Below, one piece after another: positions 34,296 through 60,543 of a DNA stretch of 64,000 nt (positions are counted from its first letter, which is position 1; every line of letters starts with the position of its first letter). Under the pieces are notes generated by a model, which saw nothing but the letters and a program-made list of their open reading frames with translations, had not been told where the DNA came from and ran no database searches. Origin of the DNA: Paraspadella gotoi. Lineage: Eukaryota > Animalia > Chaetognatha. The DNA lies in contig JBJCIZ010000239.1 of assembly GCA_051294375.1 (NCBI GenBank), forward strand, positions 925,721 through 989,720. Direction: 5' to 3'. The position numbers and the translations under genes are program-made.

Positions 34296-35240
34296 ATCCG
34301 TCCATCAATTCATTCATCCGTCTGTCAATCCATTCATCCATCCGTCAATCCATTCTTCCATCTGTCAATCCATTCATCCATCCATCAATCCATTCATCCA
34401 TCCGTCAATCCATTCATCCATCCGTCAAATCCATTCAATCCATCCGTCAATCATTCATTGCCTTCATATCAGCATGCCATTCATTCATCCAAAAAATCCA
34501 TTCATCCATCCGTCAATCATTCATCATTACGTCAATCCATTCATCCATCGTCATCATTCATCCTCATCAATCCATTCACCATCGTCAATCCATTCATCCA
34601 TCCGTCAATCCATTCATCCATCGTCAATGCTATTATCCATTAAGTCAATCCATTCATCCATCCAGTCAACTCCTATTCATTCCATCTGTCAAATTCCATT
34701 TCATCCATCCGTCAATACATTCATTCCATCCGTCAATCATTCATCCACCTGTCAAATCCATTCATCCATTCATTTGTCCATCAATCTCATCTCATCCATC
34801 ATCATTCAGATCCATTCATTCCATCCGTCAATCCATTACTATCATCCGTCAATCCATTCATCTCATCCAAAAATCCTTCATCATCCATCAATAACTCATT
34901 CATCCATCCCATCAAACTCCATTCATCATCCATCCGTCATCCCATCTCATACCTCCGTCAATCCATTTCATTCTTCCAAAATCCATTCATCCATCCGTAA
35001 TCTATCATCCGTCCGTCAATTCATTCTCTCATCGTCAATTCATTCATCCGTCCGTCAATTCCATTCATGCATTAACCGTCAATTCATTCATCATCCGTCC
35101 GTCAATTCATTCAATCCATACCGTCAATTCATTCATCATCCATATTCTTATCTCATTCTTCGTCCGTCAATTCATTCTCATACCGTTCCGTCATTCCGTC
35201 AATTCATTCATCCATCCGTCAATTCATTCATCCGTCCATT
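34296..35240. repeat. Degenerate minisatellite, unit of about 20 bp (ccattcatccatccgtcaat)
   Basis: Directly visible. It produces the spurious 386-aa IHPS ORF. Confidence 0.9.
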
Positions 35241-35737
35241 CTTACTCCGGAACGAAAGAGACGAATATTCCAAACTGGAGTTGACGGAACGAATGACGAA
35301 TGAGTGAAGAAAAGAAACCAGCGAGTCGATGGATGGAGCGATGCGCTGGAGCCGAGCGACGAAAGCGAGTTGGGTGGAGCAGAAAGAAGAAAAAAAGCCT
35401 GATGCGAGGTAGGCTTTTTGGCCTGACTTTGGCCTTTCGATTGGCCTTAATCGGCTTCTAATTGGACCATGCTTTTGCCGTAAAAAATAGAGATTGTAGT
35501 GACGAAGCCTTTTATTTAATATCGCATTCGTTAACTTTATAATTTCGCTATTTATATAATATTATTCCATGAGTTGTTAATCCTTTCATTATAAGTTTTA
35601 ATTTTTTAATTAAACATCGCAGACTAAAATAAAAGTTAAACGACGAGTTCCCATTGAATATTTTTTTCCCAAAAAGGCGGAGGTTGGCTGAACTAGCGGC
35701 GCTAAGGAGAAGCACGTCGGCGTTGTAGTCGTCGGTA

Positions 35738-35772
<35 letters not shown>

Positions 35773-36390
35773 CGCAGAAAGAAAAAAAAACGTTGGACGC
35801 CAATGAAGAAGAAAAACTGATGTCTGACGCCAATAAATTGTAAAACGACGACGACGACGACGACGAACAAGATGACAAAGATATCGCGTTAAATAATCGA
35901 GTCAAACGAGCGACGAATAAGTTTTGTTTTGTTTCGTTTTTTTTTATGTTTTCCGTTTGAGAATAAAAAACAAAACGGAAAAGAAAAGTTTATCTTCAGT
36001 TGGTTGAAACAAAAAAAAATAACTTGCCCAAAGAAAAAAGAGGGGAGGTGAGTTTGCGGTTCTCTTCCCTTCTGCTGCGAAGCCACGTCTTTCTTATCCC
36101 TACCTGGCATCTACTGATCCTCCTCCTCCTCCGAGGTATAGCCTCCTCCTCCTCCTTCCTCCTCAATCACCTCAACCATCTTCTCTACCTGGTCGATGTG
36201 CAAATAGCAGCGCCGCTGACGAGAGCCAGGCGAGAGAGAGAGAGAAGAGAGAAGAGAGAGAGAGGAGAGGAGAGAGAGAGAGAGAGAAAGAGATGAGATA
36301 AATTCTGAGGGGGTAAAAAAATTCCTCAGAAAAAGGAAAAACAAAAAGGTGATGTGAAAGAAGGGAAGATTTTTTTTGGAAGAGAGAGAC

Positions 36391-36445
<55 letters not shown>

Positions 36446-36734
36446 GTATAACAGAATAGAATATAAGGTATTTTTTTATATCTTTTTTTAATTTTCCCAT
36501 TTTTTATTTTAATTAAACAAATGAAGCTTAGAACTTGAAACGTACATAAAGAGATCCAGGCTCCTGTTGGTCTGGTCTTCTTATTTAGGTCTTTTAAGAA
36601 AGTGAATGTTCAGAGTCTTTTAAGAAAAGCCTACTTAATATTTACACAGTAATCTACTTATTCATTTTTCTCTTTCTTTCTTCTTCTCTCCTTCCCTCTC
36701 ATCGTCGATGGCATCGGAACCTGTTGCGCGCTTG

Positions 36735-36748
36735 GTTTCCATGGAAAC
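36735..36748. promoter_or_regulatory. Perfect palindromic RFX X-box (GTTTCCATGGAAAC) with four CCAAT boxes within 150 bp
   Basis: Matches the GTYNCCATGGNAAC consensus. CCAAT at about 36814, 36837, 36859 and 36884. Confidence 0.55.
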
Positions 36749-36955
36749 GCCTCCGCGTCGTCGGAAGTCGCTAATTTGGTGGAAAAAAAAAAGAACAATT
36801 TTCTGGAATTCGTCCAATTTGGCCGTAAATTTGTGGCCAATCAACTTCTGTTTTTCTCACCAATCTCAAAGTCTAAAACCCGACCAATCACGTTTCTTGG
36901 GAGAGTATGAAAGAGAGAGAGAGAAGAGAGAGAGAGAGATGAGAGAGAGAAGAGA

Positions 36956-36991
<36 letters not shown>

Positions 36992-37828
36992 TCTCTCTCG
37001 CCGAAATACATCTCTAATTTGTTTACTTTGACGCATTTTTTTGGCGACGTATTGTCAAAAAGAATGTTTCCCCGTTTGAGATGCAATAAAAGGTTGTTTA
37101 TTTTTTTTGTTTCGCTAATGAAGACCGAAAAAAAAAATTTAAAACAAAAATAGGGCGAAGCCAAATACAATTTATTGTTAATTTGATAGTGGTTTTTGAA
37201 TAAACAAGTTTGAGCAAACAATGTCGGATCTGCCTATTTATTAAGCGGTAATTAGCTCATCCGATGATAAATCATGGTAATTTTTCTGACTCTCAATTTA
37301 TGATTATAACAAATCATAACAGACTTCTTAATAAATCTATGAAAAAATCTATAAATCGATTAATCTATCAATCTTGGCGTTTTAACCGATTAACAGTTAA
37401 CCGTTAATCACCGATTAAAAATAATTTTAACCGATCGGTTAATTTGCTCAAACTAACCGGTTAATTTTAAAATTTACTAATTTAAACTTTTATTTTTATA
37501 TGGTTTTCCTTTGCAAGGCTGTCAACTATTTCTCAAACTTTTACTGTCTCTTCACTCCCTTATTTTAGCTATTACTTATTTTAATTAAAAAAAAACACTG
37601 TTTCGGCGAGGTTGTTAGGCCTTCCTTCTTAGCGCAAATTTGGTTGTCGTGGAAATTTCACAATATATGATAATGAAAGAGAGAGAGAGAGAGAGAATAA
37701 AAAATTAAAAACTACGACTGTCTTGGTATTTCACTCTTAACTCAAGATTCTCTCACAGTCGAGTTTATAAACTCCCCGAGAACCCGACTTCTCCTTCGAC
37801 GGAATGAAATAACATTTATTATCAACTC

Positions 37829-38051
37829 ATGGCAACAGCCTGGTTGCCTGTGATGCCTTTTGGGTTGGGGCATCTCACTGTTGGCTTTGGGCGCTTCCTA
37901 CCCTCAGTGACGACTCCAGTCACTGGCGAGGTTACCCTAGGACGGTCTCGCTTTGCCAACGCAGAGGGAAGTCGTGAGGACTGTGGATGGAACACTACGC
38001 CTGGGATGGTGTGTTCCCCCTCTAAGCCAATGGAGGTGTGAATGTACCGCC
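37829..38051. mobile_element. Structured interspersed element family C, copy 2
   Basis: Homologous to 4443-4698. Confidence 0.75.
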
Positions 38052-39563
38052 GCAAACTGTTGTAATTTTAATCAGTGCTGGGACGAGGCGGAGCTGACTA
38101 GAGTTCGCCCTGCATATTCCTAAACTAAATTCTTTTCGTAACAACATCGAAAATTGGAAGGATTACAATTTCACGAGTTCGAATAGAAATGAGAGAAAAA
38201 TTCATTTCGTCCGTTAACACTTAATAATTATAATAATGTTTAAGTTGCCTCGAATTTATTGTTTATTTGACTGACTTTAAAAATGTTTTAAAAATGTTTA
38301 TTTACATTAAACGCAGACGACGAGGAATTAAAAACGGTCAAGTTTATAACAAATTATAAACGAATATGAAAGATTTAAAACGACGTAAAAAAATTACAAC
38401 GTCGCACATTATTCACGGGGCAAATGATGATTCCAAAAAAATTCCGAATCAAACGTTATTTAAAAATAACCCAGATATCCCTTTTCCCTCTTCTTCAAAT
38501 TATTCGTCGACGCGACTCCCGGTCGCGAATTTGGGTAAGTTGAACCAAGATGTCGATCCTCAGCCGTCGGACGTTGAGCCGTCTCCCCCCTACGGCGACG
38601 CTCCCCACCGCCGATACAAATAATTCAACATTAAGAATTATAATTATTATTACTAATTCAATATTAGTCATTTTGGGCGAGATTAAATTTTGGCGCCTTT
38701 AAATTTTACGACCAGTTCCGGGTCGACTAGTTAAAATCGGGTTGGGGTCGTCGACCTCTTACTCTCTCGTCCTGTATGTATGAATTTATTTATAAACGAA
38801 CCAATAGAACATGGTCGCGTTATTATGGGAAGACTTTCTTGACTTTTTTGACTTTTGAAGAAGTACGACATTCAACTTATCACGCTTTCAATTTTAAATG
38901 CTACTAATCGTTGTAATTGTCAACTAAACTAAACTTTAAATTGTATTAAATATAATTCTTGTCAATCACAAGGCCTTTGATTCCAACGGTAAGCGTTTTA
39001 TTTTTTACCCTTTTCAATTTTCTTGCCTTTTAACTAAAAGAAAAAAAAAACTTTTTTGAACGTGCCTCGAACTCGGGACCCTCCCCGTATCCGGCTACTA
39101 AGTCCTTACCCGGACTCTTTACTTTAATGTAATCCCTTCCCCTTTTTTTTTCTAGAAGTTTTTCTTTCTTTCTTTCGTCATCCACAGATTTTATTTTTAA
39201 AATTTCTTTTTTTTCTTACGATCAATTTTATTTGGACCCAAAAAGATTGAAACGCCTTTTGTGGTCGACCGAGGCTTTGAGTCGTCGTCGTCGTNNNNNN
39301 NNNNGTCGTCGTCTTTTTCGATCCGGGTCCGCCTCCACCCAACAGTTCGTCGTCGTACTCGTAGTTGTTGTCGTCGCCGTTGTTGCTTAATTTGGATTTT
39401 TACCTTTTATTGTTGTTTTTCTTTTCCTTTTATTCGATAAGAATAAAAGTCGAAAATGCACTTATTTCGCTATTGTAAAACAATAATAATTATTACTGAT
39501 ATCACAAGGCCAAATGTTAGTCGGTCCCTTAGTAATTTGAATAACTCGCTATGAACTAGGAAA

Positions 39564-39666
<103 letters not shown>

Positions 39667-40049
39667 CTAAAAGCTAATTTGCATATTGCTGTTTTTGAAA
39701 CTTCAATGTCGTTTAGATTTTTCTATTTTTTCATCTCGCTCTAAAATGAGAAAAAGAGCAAAGTTTATTCTTTAACTAAAATCGTAACTTGACCGAAGAA
39801 TCGAAACAAAAGATCAAATAAAATAAATATAAAATTAATATCGTATAGTTCTCCCACTACTATTTTGTCTGTCAATTTTTGATCTTAGCTTAGTTTTATT
39901 TGTTCACCGCATTGCTATTGATTGTGTTGCCGATATTGTTAATACGGTTTTTAGTATTAATATCCTTAACAGTTTATCATTTTATCGTGCATCATAAATG
40001 TCCAGTAACTGAATAATCAGAGCATTAATTACCTATTATGGCATTCGAA

Positions 40050-40094
<45 letters not shown>

Positions 40095-40189
40095 AACAAC
40101 GACGACGACGACCCCTGCATAGCTCAACCATCTGTGGTCGTTAATTTCATTAGAAATTTGCTTTGTTGGTGTTGTCGTTTGAGGTCGTT

Positions 40190-40228
<39 letters not shown>

Positions 40229-40480
40229 ATAATCGGCATCGTCGTCTTGTGCAGAGGCGTTATTTTTGGTAGGAATGTGTCAAGAGTAAAGGGGGCAGTC
40301 GGCCATGGAATTTCAGAGGGCGAGAATCGAAGGCTTTTATTAAGGGGAAAAGTAAAAATTAAAAATTAGTTTCGTAACTTTTAATTTTCTTTAAACTTTT
40401 TTGTGCTTAAATTTAAAAAAAATAGGATTATTGGGTGGATCTTTGCCAGTTTTGGTCGAGGAACAAGAGTGGTATTTAAG

Positions 40481-40588
<108 letters not shown>

Positions 40589-41228
40589 AATGAGAAAATT
40601 CGGAAAATAAAATAACTCGTAGCAATAATTTCATACTCAAAAATAATTCGAAATAATTTTTTTTTAAATTCAATTTGGATTTATGAACGCATTTATTAGT
40701 TTTAGTAAAGCAAGAAAACAAAATACAATAAGCGATTTTGTCGCTCAAAATCTTACAAAGTGATACGAAGTTGCAAATTCACACAGTGTATTTTCAAGGT
40801 GGTTAAAGCCGTTGAATTTATAACATAGTGTGCCAAAAAAGAAAAATAACAAATTTAACTTTAGTCAAAACCAAAATTTTTTGCATATATTCTTCTAGCA
40901 CAGTGAAAAATAAAAATAATGTTAAAAAATTGAATTAGGTAATGTCTTTTGACACACTCTGTTATGAATCGTCATAAAATAAATGTTTTAAAAAATATAT
41001 TCGTCATTTAACACAGATATGATAACAATTTTTTTATATACTCAACAAATACCTAAAAATCTCCCAAAAGATTAACCTAACTCACGTTACAAGCTCAAAT
41101 TCTAATTCGATAATTAAGACGATAAATCATTTTTTTTGTGAAAATTAAATTCGGTCGCTTATAAAAAATCGAATTCACGCACGTTCAAAAACATTTAATA
41201 TTTCATTCAATATTCAATATCATTCGTC

Positions 41229-42035
41229 TCACAACCCGAACACCTCCAACATCCCTTGCCCGCAAAGAGTGCAGCACACTGGCCAAGACGCCACCCCGAA
41301 GACGACCCCCCACAAAATCCCGTAAGTCCAAAACCCGAGGCAAAAGTCCCTCCAAGTCCCTCCCATGACGGACCGATGGCACAGCGCCAACAACGACGGG
41401 GTCGCCGGCTTCTCGTCGGCCCAAGCCGCCGCGGGGCTGCCGCGTCGAGGACCGCAGGCGCCGTAGCCGAAGCAGCAGAGCCCCGCGTAGACGCAGCCTT
41501 TGCAGAGCGGCACGCCGAGGCTGAAGCCGAGGAGAAAGAAGGCGGGAGAGAGAAAGACGCAGGTGAAATGGTGACAGGGGAGAGGGGAGGAGGAGGAGGA
41601 GGAGGAGGAGGAGGAGGAGGAAGAAGATGAAGAGCTTCCGCCGCTCCCGCCGCCGCTACTTCCGCCGCTCCCGCTGCTACTTCCGCCGCCGCCGCTGCTC
41701 CCACTTCTCTCCATCGCTTTCGGCGATCCGCCGCCCGCCGACGCTTCCGCCGCCGCTCCAGCCGCTCCAGCCGCTCCAGCCATGTCCGCCAATTCCGTCT
41801 GCAGTTTTATGAGAAGAACGACGACTCCCACGAAGAGAACGATAACGAGTAGAAAGGTGAGGAATATTAGAAGACCCTTCAACATCGTGCGAGGGTTGAG
41901 TTGATGTCCCGGTTCCTCGGAGGACGCCCGTTTCTGCCGCAAGAGGAGCGGGCGTCGGGATTCCGCCATCTTGGCTCCGAGGACGTCGCCGCCGCCTTCG
42001 TGTTCGAAGTCGTCGTAGGAACAACGGGAAGACAT
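41229..42035 (-). CDS. Hypothetical single-exon membrane protein, 268 aa (TM helix, G/S linker, Cys-rich hydrophobic C-terminus)
   Basis: ATG-initiated ORF that fills a GC-rich island in AT-rich flanks. TM segment LLIFLTFLLVIVLFVGVVVLLI and an ATTAAA about 30 nt after the stop. No family recognised. Confidence 0.6.
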   Translation of the reverse strand: MSSRCSYDDFEHEGGGDVLGAKMAESRRPLLLRQKRASSEEPGHQLNPRTMLKGLLIFLTFLLVIVLFVGVVVLLIKLQTELADMAGAAGAAGAAAEASAGGGSPKAMERSGSSGGGGSSSGSGGSSGGGSGGSSSSSSSSSSSSSSSSSPLPCHHFTCVFLSPAFFLLGFSLGVPLCKGCVYAGLCCFGYGACGPRRGSPAAAWADEKPATPSLLALCHRSVMGGTWRDFCLGFWTYGILWGVVFGVASWPVCCTLCGQGMLEVFGL

Positions 42036-43360
42036 TGGGGATTCGTTGTTCTTTTGTTTTTTTTGTTTTTTTGTTTTTTTGTTTTGTTTTATTTTCGTTC
42101 GTTAGTTGGTTTTTTTAGTTGGTTCGTTTCTTTTTTTTTTAGTTTGTTTGTTTGTTTTTAGTTTGTTCGTTAGTTCGAATTTTAGTTCGTTTGTTTTCCG
42201 TTTGTTAGTATGTTCGATTGGTTTTTTTTCTTTTTTTATTAATTAATTGTTTGTTTGTTGTTTTTTTTTTAGTTTTTTTTTTTTTTAGTTCATTCCTTGG
42301 TTACCTGCGGTTATTATATATACTTCCGTTCGTTTATTTTGCTTTGTTCAGCTTGTGCTTTCTGATTTGTTTGCTCCTTCCTTTGTTTGTTTGTTTATTC
42401 AGTTTAGTATCCATTTCACTGAATATATCCAATTAGGTGACCCCCTCGTTTTTACGTTGGCGAAGAAGAAAGCAAAGGTTTCATTTCGAAAGTCGGTTAG
42501 TTTCTCGAGATACATTAAACTCTACAATAGGAAAAAATAAGAAATTCATACGTCAAAAATTGCTTTCACTTCAAGATGGTTTATGTTGTTCGTTTTTTTT
42601 AAAGTGGTTTTCTGGCTATTAATTATTTAACAAACAAACGCGCGAAATGAACTTTTCAATCTTATCGAATATCGATCAATTTATTTTTTTTTTTAATCAA
42701 GTTTTTTTTTTTATTCCAGATGGAATCTCTCTTTTTCTTTCTGGTCAGGTTCGCGCCGACCTAAAGTTTGGCGAGGCAAGGCGAGATAAGTTAAGCCTGA
42801 CCTTTTACGCCGAGGTCGACCTTTCAACGAACGCCAAAATTAGTTTGTTTGTTTTTTTTTAATGTTAAGTTTAATTTCAGTCGGTTTCATTATGAGCTAA
42901 TCCCAAGCAAATAGTGTTAATGAAAAATAAGAAAAAAAATAAGAAAAAAAATCACAGTTTCATTGACGAAAAATGTTGCGGAGAGCTACCTTCTCCGTCT
43001 CTATAACGCGACCGTCTCCGTCTCTATAACGTCTCTAAAACGATCGCTTTTTCAAAATAAGCCCGAGAGTCCACGACGTCAGAAATGATTTTCTTTTTTT
43101 TTTCTTTCTCTTTGGGCGGAACCGAACTTTACTCGTTTCTGTCGCCGACTTTTTTAGGGCGGCGTCAGTTTCGTAAAACCGCGAAAACTCGAAACGCGAA
43201 ACTCGAAAATTGTAAATTTTAAATATTGTAAAAACAAAAAATAATAATTTGATACAGTCGCCGATCGGCGAACGGATTACGAAGGCGAAATTGAGATTTC
43301 GAAGTTGGATTCGCGTTTCAAGGATAACGGGGCTTGCATAACGATTCGAAACTTGAAGAA

Positions 43361-43426
<66 letters not shown>

Positions 43427-43491
43427 CGAGAGAGAGAAGTGAGAAATAATATCCAGAAAACATAAAAGCTCAATTAGTTTCTTACTCCCTT

Positions 43492-43551
<60 letters not shown>

Positions 43552-43642
43552 TCTCTCTCCCGTTTTCTTTCTTTAGTTCTCAGACTCGGAAAAAAAAAAA
43601 GCCAAGCGAGATGAGGTCGGCTGGTGACATCGACCTTGTCGT

Positions 43643-43856
43643 TCATTGTCGTTCGATTGTCGGTTCGATTGTCGGTTCGATTGTCGGTTCGATTGTCGGT
43701 TTCGATTGTCGGTTCGATTGGTTCGGTTCGATTGTCGGTTCGATTGTCGGTTCGATTCCGTTCGATTTCAGTTTGTCGGTTCATTGTCGGTTTCGATTGT
43801 CTCGTTTCAGTTGTCGGTTCGATTGGTCGGTTTCGATTGTCGGTTCGATTGTCGTT
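43643..43856. repeat. 12-bp tandem repeat (gttcgattgtcg)n
   Basis: Directly visible. Confidence 0.9.
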
Positions 43857-44353
43857 GTTACGCAACGAATTTAGACAAGCAATGCCGAGCGAGAAATTAC
43901 ATTTTGCATTTGATATCTCATAACTTTTAAAGGTATATTGTTTATTTTCAGGTTAATTCTGATTCAATGAATAATATTCATGATAATTCTTCGAAGTAAT
44001 TCAATAATCCTGCTATCAATAAGACAGCAATTCGACTAAATATCTAAAATGTAAAAAATAAACAAAGTCAAATTGACACTACAGTGAAGTATGGTCATTG
44101 GTCAACTACGTCCATCGTCGATTATTCTCGTTAACATATCGTTAACTATTTTTTTTTTAATCCTACTAATTTGTAAAATTAATAATATAACTGATACTAG
44201 GACATTTTTTTTATAGCAAATTACGCAATATAATATTCCAACGCGAAAATTACGTTCAAGGTCGCCAAAACTTGTTTTTAACTAAAGTTACGATTTGAAT
44301 TCGCTCATGACGTAAATTTTTCGTCTAATACTATTAGACTACTATTAATATTA

Positions 44354-44391
<38 letters not shown>

Positions 44392-44428
44392 TAATAATAA
44401 TAATAATAATAATTAATAATAATAATAA

Positions 44429-44466
<38 letters not shown>

Positions 44467-46382
44467 TAATAATCTCGATCCTCATCCTCCTCTTCCCCTC
44501 CCTCTCCCGAGGATCCGTTCCTTTTTCAGTCCACTCTCCGCGGCCTCGAGTTCTACTAACTTTTCTTTTTCTTAATACTTTCCGGCCAGGGACTTTTCCT
44601 CAATAAACATTACCGTGCGATATACATCTTCCTTCAGTGGCGCCCAATTTTGATGCTCGAACACTTAGCTACGAATAAACCCCCAGGATAATAATAATAA
44701 TAATATTAATAATAATAATAATATTAGTAATAGGGTTTAGACCCTGAGAACCTTAACTTTCCTTGATTAAATCGAGCGTCGATTGTTATTTCATTGGACG
44801 CGAATCACAATTGATTGTGCAAAGATGTCGTGGTTTGGCCGCCCAGCAGTTGAGTTGGACAAAGCGCTTAAATGGTTTATATTCATTATTCCATTACTAT
44901 TATTCTGTCGCTTCGTGATCTAGTTAAATTTTACTCAACCGCAACATTTGAATTTTTTTTTACTTGCTCATTTAACTGTTTAAAAAAAAAAAGATTTAAA
45001 ACTTACAAAAAGCAAATAAATATCTGGAGCAACTATGTATAAATTATTTCATGCGGATTTCTCATTGGTTTTAATAATCACAGTAAAATTTCTGGGTCAC
45101 AATATTATATTTTTTTTAATTTTTAGAAAAAACCAGGTTCATTATTTTCCGCTTCGACCACCCAAATTGTTATTTTGTTTTTTTTTACATTCGAGACACT
45201 CTGTCATCTAGCGTAAGTTACGTTCATCTTTGCTTTTAAAAAACAAATGCCATTATAACATTTTCTTACTTTAAAAAAACTCATTGTAATGTAATGGATG
45301 GGGCTGACTCGTCGTCATACTAATTACAAAATAAATTCTTCAAAAAACACAAGCTTTACATAAAATGACATTAATTTATTTCAAGTAAATAAGCGAGGTA
45401 TATTTTTTTTTATCAAAAACATTATTTCTACTAGAACACACATTAAAAGAATGAATATTTTAAAAAGCAGCGAAAATGAATGAGAAACTCAGGATGAAAT
45501 ATTTTATGATTAAAAAAGGACGATCATTTTGAGGAGCGGAAGAATCGTCATTCTTATTAAACCAGTTGGGTTTTTTAAGTTTTTTTAACTAAAAACTTTC
45601 TTGGCAAAATAACTGTTTTTTAAAAAAAAAAGTCTCAGTAACTTTTATCTCTCTTCCGTCAAGTTGGTCCATAAGAGAAACGATCTTTTTTTTGTGTGTA
45701 CAAGAATGACGAAATATTTCTCTTATTTGAAATCTAATCGAACGACAATGTCAATTTCTGAGTCTCTTTATCAATAAAACCCAATAATTAATTGAAATTA
45801 ACATTGTCGTCGCGAAAAAAAAGAGTGCGTATTCAACGAGTGTTCGCCCATAATCGTTGTACGAAAATTCCCAGGTGCATGCAATTTTTTTAGATTTTAA
45901 CCAAATAGATTGATTAAAGCTTTATATTTAATTTTCGTCCATACTTAATATTTTTTTTTTATACAAACCAAAAATACCGAATTTGTATTTGGAGTAAAAC
46001 TAAACTTTTGCCGCCAGATTTTAAAATTTTTACGAAATAAGAATTTTTTTTTTTTAAGTTTAATTAAAAAATTAACTCTATACTCAGAAGGAAATAGACA
46101 CAAAAATGAAACTTATCTTAGTTCGCCATTTTGTAACCTTCGCGACAAAAGAAAGCAAAAGAATTCAATCTCAACCCTTGGAATACTTTACAATTTTACA
46201 TTATTTATGCCAATTTGATATCATGAATAAACGTAAAATTATGATTATCATAGAAAATTCATTTATATGTAACATTAAAGGAACAATGCGACGGTTGCGA
46301 TAAGATGAGGTCTTAAATACTTCACATTATGAAACACAGTATTTTGAAACTCGTTATATTTCGAAAGAAGCTTTTTTTTTTT

Positions 46383-46643
46383 AACAAGGAACGGTTATTC
46401 CAAGGTGTTGCGCCGCATTACTTTTTTTTTAATTTATCATGTTATTTAATCCTTATAGCCAGTAGTCGCTTAGATTTGATTTTTAACAAATGAGCAACAA
46501 ACTATAGGCAAGTTATAAGCGTTTTTACCGTAAGTGGGACAGACCGACGGACAGACATACCGACGGACCGATCGGTCGACGGACCGACTGACCAAAAAGT
46601 GGCTTATAGAGTTGCTCCGCGAGTACCCGCGGCGCAACTAATA
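46383..46643 (-). mobile_element. HINE/DINE-1-like non-autonomous Helentron element
   Basis: On the minus strand: 5' inverted repeat (agttgc...gcaact), (gtcc/gtcg) microsatellite, 3' subterminal inverted copy (gcggcgcaac), a short stem-loop (ggaa-taaccg-ttcc) and T-rich ends. Confidence 0.65.
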
Positions 46644-47280
46644 AACTGGTCTCGGCGGGACGATGGATTCTTTTGTACATCGTAACTTGTAAATATATTT
46701 ATATGTGGGAGGAAAAAAAATTGGTTAATCTTCACGGGTATATTACGAGAAAAAAATACAAATGGTCATAATAATATATGCGTTGATCTTTTGTTTGTTT
46801 AGGGTGACACCAAACGACTGTTTTTTTTTTTCTAGCTTTGATGCAATTTTATTGCTTATAAAATATGGAAGACGGGTTTAATTTTTTTGTTTAGTTTTGT
46901 TTTTTTTTAAATTTGAAATGAAAAAATTAAACAAAATCTTGAACAACGTGTTTCAGAACACTGGATGCGGGTTGGATTTGTATTTTCCTTGCACAAAAGG
47001 ATTGTATCCGATGAGAGTCAATAAAAAAAAATTGTCTTTAAAATATTTTATATATAATTAAGTTAAAGAAATCTTAATCAAAGAAATTCCATTCTACAAA
47101 TTTTCTGAAAAAAAAACGTTAAAAAGATGTTTTTTTTTTTGGGTACTACATTCATAAGGCACTTTGCTATTGAACTGAACAATTGATTCATACTTTTCTT
47201 CTTTCGTAATTCAATTTTTGAAACAAGTTTAAAAAAAAAAAAAAACTTATGTAATTCAAATTAAAATGAATTTCTCTTTA

Positions 47281-59097
<11,817 letters not shown>

Positions 59098-59392
59098 CTG
59101 AATCGGAGGGGAAAATGAATTAAGTTTTACGTTAGTGATAAAATTAAAAAAGATAACTAAGCTATAACTGGTTTTAAAGTTTATCGAGTTATTAAGTCTT
59201 CCTTCGCAGGTCAATTTATTACGCATCAATAAGCCTTTTTTTATATAGATGAAACGTTTATTGAAAAGAAAAATAGACTTTAAATATTAAAAAAAATATA
59301 TTATTTTATCGACAGAGTGACGGAAGCATCGAATCTACGCGGAGGTCGAGAGAGAAGCGAAGAGGCGCCTCATAAATCACTCGCTCTCTATT

Positions 59393-59438
<46 letters not shown>

Positions 59439-59528
59439 CGTCTCTCTCTCTCTCTGTCTCTTCCCGACACAAGTAAGGCACGTACTCTTTTTACTTCCCT
59501 AAACCCATAACGCAAGATTTACACACTC

Positions 59529-59604
<76 letters not shown>

Positions 59605-60510
59605 TCTCTCTCTGCCTGTACATGATTCACCCTCATGACGTGAAAGTCATCATCGTTTTCTTTTTTCCACTATCTCCGTTTTTTTTCTCCTCCTCTTTAT
59701 TCGTACTCTCCTCCTTTTTCTTTATCCTCTCTCCCTTCCTCTCTTCCCTCTCTCTCTCCTCCCTCTCTCCCCCTCTCTCCCTCCCCCTCTTTCCCCTCTA
59801 CCTGAGTCATAAATCATCTCCAGACACAAAACCAATTTTTCTTTCTTCTTTTTCTTCCCCCCCAAAAAAAAATAAAGAAAAAGCAAAAACTCTTTCTCTG
59901 TATCTTTTGTTTTTTTTTCCCCTTTGCATAATTCAAGACGTTAACTAGAAAAGTAGAGAGCGCTCTTTTCCAACCCTATTTGAAAACAAAAGGTAAACTT
60001 CTTAATCAACTGAATGCGAATCAATAATAAGAAAAAAAAAGAAAAAAAAACCCATCATCATCATCATCATCATCATCTTGCTCCTTGTTTTTTGTCAGCC
60101 TCATTGTCGACTTTGTCGACTTCTTCATCGTCATCGTCGTCGTCGTTTTCGGTCTTCATATTGCTCCTTGTCTTTTTCGTTGTTGTGTTGTTTATTATCA
60201 TATCAAAAATCCGTGATTTTAAGTCATAACGGAAGCCGACGGTTGTGGGCGACCAAAGCCGACGCTGGCCGACGTCGCCCGCCAAGGAATCCATAAATTT
60301 TTCGAATTTATCCTTTCTCATCTTCTTCCTCCTCTTCCTCCTCCTCCTCCTGCATAGATAACATAAAAGATTTTGTGAGACAAGAAAAATGGCGAGGATC
60401 ACGCCGACTGTTGCCTAAGGATTGCCCCCCTTGATCACGCCCTACCTGGAAAAAGATTTTTTTCTCTCTCTTCTCTCTCTCCTCTCTCTCTCTCTCCTCT
60501 CTCCTCTCCT

Positions 60511-60543
<33 letters not shown>

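Noticed and set aside
34147-35307. 386-aa His/Ile/Pro/Ser-rich ORF
   Set aside because: Translation of a degenerate minisatellite, with a non-ATG start and no splice context.
37955-37985. GAGGGAAGTCGTGAG resembling RNase P/MRP CR-I
   Set aside because: No downstream CR-V partner. The complementary segment lies upstream and the element is a dispersed repeat.
41256-41630. Plus-strand 124-aa ORF
   Set aside because: Non-ATG start, and it is antisense to the better-structured 268-aa ORF.
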